A stretch of 32,281 nt of DNA from Myxococcota bacterium (GTDB lineage: Bacteria > Myxococcota_A > Polyangia > Polyangiales > Houyiibacteriaceae). Positions 27,802 to 32,281 of the stretch are shown here, one piece after another (within the stretch, counting starts at the first letter, position 1; each line of letters starts with the position of its first letter). The position numbers and the translations under genes were made by a program. The stretch covers positions 1 through 32,281 of the forward strand of contig JBCCEA010000040.1 of assembly GCA_039030515.1 (NCBI GenBank). The letters run 5' to 3'. The notes under the pieces are model-generated. The model made no database searches, was not told where the DNA came from, and saw only the letters and a program-made list of their open reading frames with translations.

Positions 27802-27803
27802 GC

Positions 27804-28340
27804 ATGCAGCATCCAACCCTGAGAATGGAATCCATCGGGAGGCAGCTGCGTCGGGAGCGAGAGCTTCGTCAAGTCTCCCTGGAGGAACTGGCGCAACTCA
27901 CTCGGATTCCGCGCAAGATGTTGTTGCGGCTCGAGGAGGATCGTTTTGACGATCTTCCTGGCGAAGTGTTTGCCAAAGGCTTTCTCCGCTCTTACGCAAG
28001 AGCATTAGGGATCGACGCAGAACCTTTGGTAGACAACTACGGTCGAGCGCAAGACAGCTGCAGCAATGGACCTGCTCCGATCACGGCGATCACTCCTCCG
28101 GAACGTGGCCGCCGCTTCGGAATTGCTATCGCAGTGGTGATCTTCACGATCCTGTTCACGTTGGCGCTGTCTATCGTATGGCGTCCGCGGCAACGGGACA
28201 CTCCGATCGAGCTGTCGGACCGAGATATATCCTCGACTTCTAAAGGCGGTGTCTTCGGTGACGATTCAAACCCTTGCGATCGTCTTGCGTTCTACGGACT
28301 ACCGCGAAGCGGACCGGATCGTCACGCTGCTCACTCCTGA
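27804..28340 (+). CDS. RodZ-like HTH membrane protein
   Basis: IGRQLRRERE..LEE..TRI..LEEDRFDDLPGEVFAKGFLRSYARALG followed by one TM helix. No long periplasmic domain. Confidence 0.88.
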   Translation: MQHPTLRMESIGRQLRRERELRQVSLEELAQLTRIPRKMLLRLEEDRFDDLPGEVFAKGFLRSYARALGIDAEPLVDNYGRAQDSCSNGPAPITAITPPERGRRFGIAIAVVIFTILFTLALSIVWRPRQRDTPIELSDRDISSTSKGGVFGDDSNPCDRLAFYGLPRSGPDRHAAHS

Positions 28341-28992
28341 CCTAGGCAAGATCGGAGCCGTGGCTCGCGGTGTGCGATCGAGTCGAAGAAGGTTTGGTGG
28401 ATGCCTTCAGAGCTGCACCCTTCTGCGCGTCGATCTCGACACAACCCGCAATGCCCTGTGGAGCTTGAAGCGGGTCGATCTTGAACGCCACTACCCAACG
28501 CTCATGTCTCGCTTGAAGCGAATCACCCTAGCGGGAGAGATGACCGAACTCGTCAGGGAGCTTTCCGCCGAAGACGTCCCTGATCCCGAGCTTTTCCGGA
28601 CACTGAACGATGCGCTTGTCGTGCTCGATCGAAGGTCGATCAACGAGACCGTAGTTTTGCCCGCTTTTGCCCTGAGGCTCATTTCCGAGTTGGGTTTGCC
28701 CCCAGGAATCCATGGATGCGACGTCTGCGGGCGTAGTGTCCCCGAGGGTAGGGCGACCTTATTTGACGCCCGTCATGGTGCGGTTCGGTGCCGGAATTGC
28801 GGCGGCGGTCGGTATCGTTTGTCGCCTGCGGTTCGTGCACGCTGGCAGGCATGTTTTGAGCCACAATGGGCCGACCTAGTGAGTGAAGCCTCACTAACCT
28901 CCGCAGATTTCGCCTGGGATGCCGTGCTGGCCATGCTGCGGCATCATGCAGGCAAGCCCCTATTGTCTAGTCATGGGGCGCTAGCCGAATAG
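28249..28992 (+). CDS. recO: DNA repair protein RecO
   Basis: AIVLRSTDYREADRIVTLLT..GKIGAVARGVR.SRRRFGG, plus Zn finger CDVC...CRNC. Confidence 0.95.
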   Translation: MSSVTIQTLAIVLRSTDYREADRIVTLLTPDLGKIGAVARGVRSSRRRFGGCLQSCTLLRVDLDTTRNALWSLKRVDLERHYPTLMSRLKRITLAGEMTELVRELSAEDVPDPELFRTLNDALVVLDRRSINETVVLPAFALRLISELGLPPGIHGCDVCGRSVPEGRATLFDARHGAVRCRNCGGGRYRLSPAVRARWQACFEPQWADLVSEASLTSADFAWDAVLAMLRHHAGKPLLSSHGALAE

Positions 28993-29991
28993 TTTCTTGA
29001 AGAACCCACCATGCTCGCCGTCGGTCGTTTCGGTTTGTGGCTCCGCCTCTAACGCGTGTTCTGCCGACTGGCTTAGCTCCACGAGAATGTCTTCTTCAAC
29101 AATCAGCTCAAAATCCTCATCGTTGAATTGCACCTCTTCGCCCACGTGCTTGCCGGAGTTATCATAATGTTCCGCGGCAAACCGTATCGGGGAGTCGGGA
29201 GGAGGCGGTCTTGTCGTGCTGCCCTCGAGCAGCGGGGGTTCCGACAGCAAATCCGTGTACTCAGGCTCGGATAGTTTGACTTCGTCTGCTTTGCCCTGTT
29301 TTTCGAGCTCGCGCGTAGCGCGATGAAGATTTGGTGGTGGAGGAACTCGAAGGGAAGCTTTGTAGGGCGATAGCGTTCCATCTAGTTCGGATCGCTCGTG
29401 CGGCCTGCTGGTTTGACCCGCGTTACTCGCTTCATCCGTGCTCGCTTGATCCGTCTCATCAAACCCCATCCCACGCTCCGAAGGAGGTGGAGGCTCGGTA
29501 GGAGGGTCGATCAGCGCTGAGATGGCTGCGGAGAACTGCTTTGAGTTCGGCTGCTCTTTGGCGTCCTCGGCTAGGTCTGCCGCAGGCTCTTCCTCGGTGT
29601 TCCCGGGCGGCGGCCGCGCGGTTTCCAAATGGATCTCTTCGCTCAAAGCATCGTCAACCGATTCCTGTAGATCCAAAGGCTCTTTGAGGTCGGCAGGACC
29701 GATATCGGACCCTTTCGCAGAAGCTCCGACTTCCTTACGGTTGAGCCGTTCAGACTCCAACTGTACATTTTCGGAACCCGTTCGACCTGCCTCGTCCCGC
29801 GAAACAGACGAGCGCACTGAACGCTCCAAATCGTCTAGGATGGTGTCCACTTCGGTAAGACGCCTCGGCGGTTGTGATCGGAGCGTTTGGTAGATCGCAC
29901 GGAGCGCTTGCTCCGACTTGTCCAGTTGAGCGAGGCTTTTGTCTATCTCTTCAAGATATTTAGCGATTTGAATGTGATTCTGGTATCCCAC
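28981..29991 (-). CDS. Hypothetical acidic, Pro-rich disordered protein with N-terminal coiled coil and C-terminal amphipathic helix
   Basis: 336-aa ORF with heptad N-terminus, PPP/E-rich middle and C-terminal GGFFKKLFG. Confidence 0.75.
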   Translation of the reverse strand: MGYQNHIQIAKYLEEIDKSLAQLDKSEQALRAIYQTLRSQPPRRLTEVDTILDDLERSVRSSVSRDEAGRTGSENVQLESERLNRKEVGASAKGSDIGPADLKEPLDLQESVDDALSEEIHLETARPPPGNTEEEPAADLAEDAKEQPNSKQFSAAISALIDPPTEPPPPSERGMGFDETDQASTDEASNAGQTSRPHERSELDGTLSPYKASLRVPPPPNLHRATRELEKQGKADEVKLSEPEYTDLLSEPPLLEGSTTRPPPPDSPIRFAAEHYDNSGKHVGEEVQFNDEDFELIVEEDILVELSQSAEHALEAEPQTETTDGEHGGFFKKLFG

Positions 29992-30000
29992 TCGGCTGCC

Positions 30001-30037
30001 TTGCTTTTATGGACCTAGTTGCTTTTATGGACCTAGT
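30001..30037. repeat. 18-bp direct tandem duplication (TTGCTTTTATGGACCTAG x2)
   Basis: Two exact adjacent copies at 30001-30018 and 30019-30036. Confidence 0.95.
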
Positions 30038-30249
30038 CCCACTTGTCTTCAATCGAGTCTGATTCCTATGGAGATTTGCTCCAAGAAACGTATTTGCTCT
30101 GTGTGTAACGCCCAGAAGTGGATCTCCAGCGAGTCGGTGCCGCTCCACTCCTTGGGTGATGATCATCGCCCTATCGTACGCCCATAGTATCTCCTCTCGA
30201 CTGACTGCCAAACTCTAATTCGTCCCGAGTCGGCCGCAGAGGCAGCGCA

Positions 30250-31218
30250 TTAGTTACAGCGATGGATCATTTGCGTGTCCGTTTGATTGACCGGCGCCTG
30301 TCTGTTGCTCAGTCGATTGGCGTTCCAATCTGGATCTCGAGTCAAAACGAGTTGATCTATGGCAAAGAATCTCGATCGCCCTGCGATCCGAACGTCAAAA
30401 AGCCCGGGCTCAGTAAATTCCTTGTAGATGCGGTAGTCGCCGAAATCGACGGTTTTGGACTCGTAACCCCAGCGGTCCGTGATCTTGGTGTAGGCCTTGA
30501 AGAACCCGCGATCTCCCGCCTTATTGTCTTCCTCGTCAGGATAGGCGAATTGGTCTGCGCCCCCAATGGTCCGGAACGCATAATACTCACCAGGGCCACG
30601 AACGCTGAGCCAAGCGTCGTTATGCTCTGAGTTGTTGTTGCCGGCATTGATGAGGCCGCGGATGGCGACCAGGTAGACGCCCGGCGTCTGAATATAGATG
30701 TCGAAGAATACGATATCGTTGTTGACGATCGTGCCGCTCAGCGGAATCTTAGAATCGCGTACCCACTCGTAGTAGCCAGCTCCCGAAAAGCTATGGGTGT
30801 CACTCTCATTGCCCGCGGCAGGCGTATCAAAGAATCGCCACCTATCGTCTCCTCCGGTGTAGTGACCGTCTTCGACTTCGGCGACGATCCAACCATCGGT
30901 TTCCACAAAGATGTTCTCGCCCCACGGCTCTCCTGCATCGCAGAGCCGGTCGAGCTCGGTGGTCAGAGGATCTGCTGAGTCGCCGGCGTCTCCAGTCGCT
31001 GCTCCTGAGTCCACCGTTTCAACGAAGGCGTCCTGCCCTGCGTCAACAGCCTGCCCCGAGTCCATAGCTTGAGCGGCATCACCGGCGTCGCCACGCGCTT
31101 GCCCCGAATCCTCACCGACTTCGGAGCCGCTATCGTCGGAGCAGGCGGTGCTGAGGACGATGCAGAGCAAAGCCAGCATCTTGATCATCGATTCAAATGC
31201 GCATCCAGTCCGGCACAT
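30250..31218 (-). CDS. Lipoprotein with DAG/DSG linker and galactose-binding-like (CBM-like) jelly-roll domain
   Basis: SD AGGAGG 7 nt before ATG 31218 and lipobox STAC. Domain pattern: WIVAEVE at the start, FSGAGYYEW, PGVYLVAIRG, NDAW, and AIDQLVL at the end. Confidence 0.75.
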   Translation of the reverse strand: MCRTGCAFESMIKMLALLCIVLSTACSDDSGSEVGEDSGQARGDAGDAAQAMDSGQAVDAGQDAFVETVDSGAATGDAGDSADPLTTELDRLCDAGEPWGENIFVETDGWIVAEVEDGHYTGGDDRWRFFDTPAAGNESDTHSFSGAGYYEWVRDSKIPLSGTIVNNDIVFFDIYIQTPGVYLVAIRGLINAGNNNSEHNDAWLSVRGPGEYYAFRTIGGADQFAYPDEEDNKAGDRGFFKAYTKITDRWGYESKTVDFGDYRIYKEFTEPGLFDVRIAGRSRFFAIDQLVLTRDPDWNANRLSNRQAPVNQTDTQMIHRCN

Positions 31219-31375
31219 CACAATACCTCCTCGTGTGACGCGGTGACGCTAGGTTTATACCGTATTTTCAACTTAATGCAAAAATACTAGAAAAACGTGT
31301 CGTACGTCATCGGAGCACTTCACCGAGCCGGAGCATGGCCCGAGTATCCAATATGCCAGTGCTTTGGATGCTGAG

Positions 31376-32281
31376 TTACTCGTCGCACGTGTAGATGACC
31401 TGTGTGTCTGTTTGTTCCAGTGCTTCGTTCCTATCGGATAGTCGATCGGCGTCCCACGCTGGATCGCTCGTTAACACAATCTGATCGATCGCGTAGCCTC
31501 GAGATAGTCCCCCGACCCGTACCACTTTCAGCCCGGGGGTATCAAACCTTGCGTAGATGCGGTAATTGCTGGAATCGACGGTTTTGGATTCGTAGCCCCA
31601 GCGGTCCGTGATCTCGGTGTAGGCCCTGAAAAACCCACGGGCTCCAGCTTGATTGCTGCTGTCCGGGTAGGTGAAATGGTCTATGCCGTCAATGACTTGG
31701 TAGGCGTAGTAGTCGTCGCTTCTCTGCACGCTGAGCCAAGCGTCGTTATTTTCTGAATCGCTGGTTCCAGCGTTGATAAGACCGCGAAGTACAACCAGAT
31801 AGGTTCCGGGGCTTTGGATGAAGATATCGAAGAAGATGATGTCGCGACTGGTGAGTACACCCCCGCGCTGAAGGTCTGAATCACTCACCCACTCACGGTA
31901 ACCCGTGCCGGAAAAACCGTTTTGAGGGCTTTGATTGTTTCCCGCAGGAGTGTTGTGGAACTGCCACTTCTCGTTGTCTGCAGTGTAGTGACCGTCCTCG
32001 ACCTCGGCGACGATCCAACCATCGTTTTCCACAAAGATGTTAACGCCTCGAGGTGCGCCGTCGTTGCATAGTGTTTCTAGTTCGTCGGCGAGAAGATCCT
32101 CAGATCCCGAGTCAACGTCGTTACCGGAGTCAACGTCGCTACCAGAGTCAACGTCGCTACCAGAGTCAACGTCGCTACCGGAGTCAACGTCGCTACCGGA
32201 GTCAACGTCGCTACCGGAGTCAACGTCGCTACCGGAGTCAACGTCGCTACCGGAGTCAACGTCGCTACCGGAGTCAACGTC
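31376..32281 (-). CDS. Paralog of the 30250-31218 CBM-like protein, 5'-truncated by the window end
   Basis: The frame stays open from 32032 to the window end: (GSDVDS)n-GNDVDSGSEDLLADELETLCNDGAPRGVNIFVENDGWIVAEVE. It aligns with DPLTTELDRLCDAGEPWGENIFVETDGWIVAEVE of the paralog. Confidence 0.85.
   Translation of the reverse strand, partial: DVDSGSDVDSGSDVDSGSDVDSGSDVDSGSDVDSGSDVDSGSDVDSGSDVDSGNDVDSGSEDLLADELETLCNDGAPRGVNIFVENDGWIVAEVEDGHYTADNEKWQFHNTPAGNNQSPQNGFSGTGYREWVSDSDLQRGGVLTSRDIIFFDIFIQSPGTYLVVLRGLINAGTSDSENNDAWLSVQRSDDYYAYQVIDGIDHFTYPDSSNQAGARGFFRAYTEITDRWGYESKTVDSSNYRIYARFDTPGLKVVRVGGLSRGYAIDQIVLTSDPAWDADRLSDRNEALEQTDTQVIYTCDE
32108..32281 (-). repeat. Coding 18-bp tandem repeat (GGAGTCAACGTCGCTACC on +), 9 full copies plus a partial one, encoding GSDVDS
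   Basis: Units start at 32108, 32126, 32144 and so on to 32252, with a partial unit at 32270-32281. A few single-base variants occur in the first four units. Confidence 0.97.

Noticed and set aside
32077..32277. (TPVATL)n ORF
   Set aside because: Wrong frame of the 18-bp repeat. The GSDVDS frame is continuous with the downstream paralogous domain.
32108..32281. Possible CRISPR array
   Set aside because: The repeats are contiguous with no spacers, in frame within a gene, and no cas genes are present.

Overview
Mostly core chromosome of a myxobacterium (Myxococcota, probably Polyangiales-like). The lineage is inferred from an MXAN_5187-family gene, a tgl-HTH-recO cluster, paired Ser/Thr kinases, DUF4388-like proteins and Cys-rich lipoproteins. 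Genes in order: PLP aminotransferase (-), priA, a receiver-like/J-like multidomain protein, def, fmt, a PduO-type adenosyltransferase, and a 6S RNA with its own sigma70 promoter and terminator, which the ORF track does not show. Next come an MXAN_5187-family gene, a degenerate cupredoxin-like gene, phhB, a small basic protein, a lipoprotein with three C-X6-C-X5-CC knottin-like modules, tRNA-Leu(CAA), two divergent Ser/Thr kinases, an N-formylglutamate amidohydrolase and an RpoH-like sigma factor. The right part holds a putative di-heme lipoprotein, a yitJ-like HMT/MTHFR, a LolA/DUF4292-like lipoprotein, a fused OppD-OppF ATPase, tgl, a RodZ-like HTH gene, recO, a disordered protein ending in a MinD-like membrane-targeting helix, and two tandem paralogous CBM-like proteins. 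The second paralog is truncated by the window end inside an 18-bp (GSDVDS)n repeat. No mobile element, CRISPR array or defence system is evident. The best novelty candidates are the knottin-array lipoprotein, the non-canonical cytochrome, the scaffold-like protein and a recurring leaderless promoter architecture.
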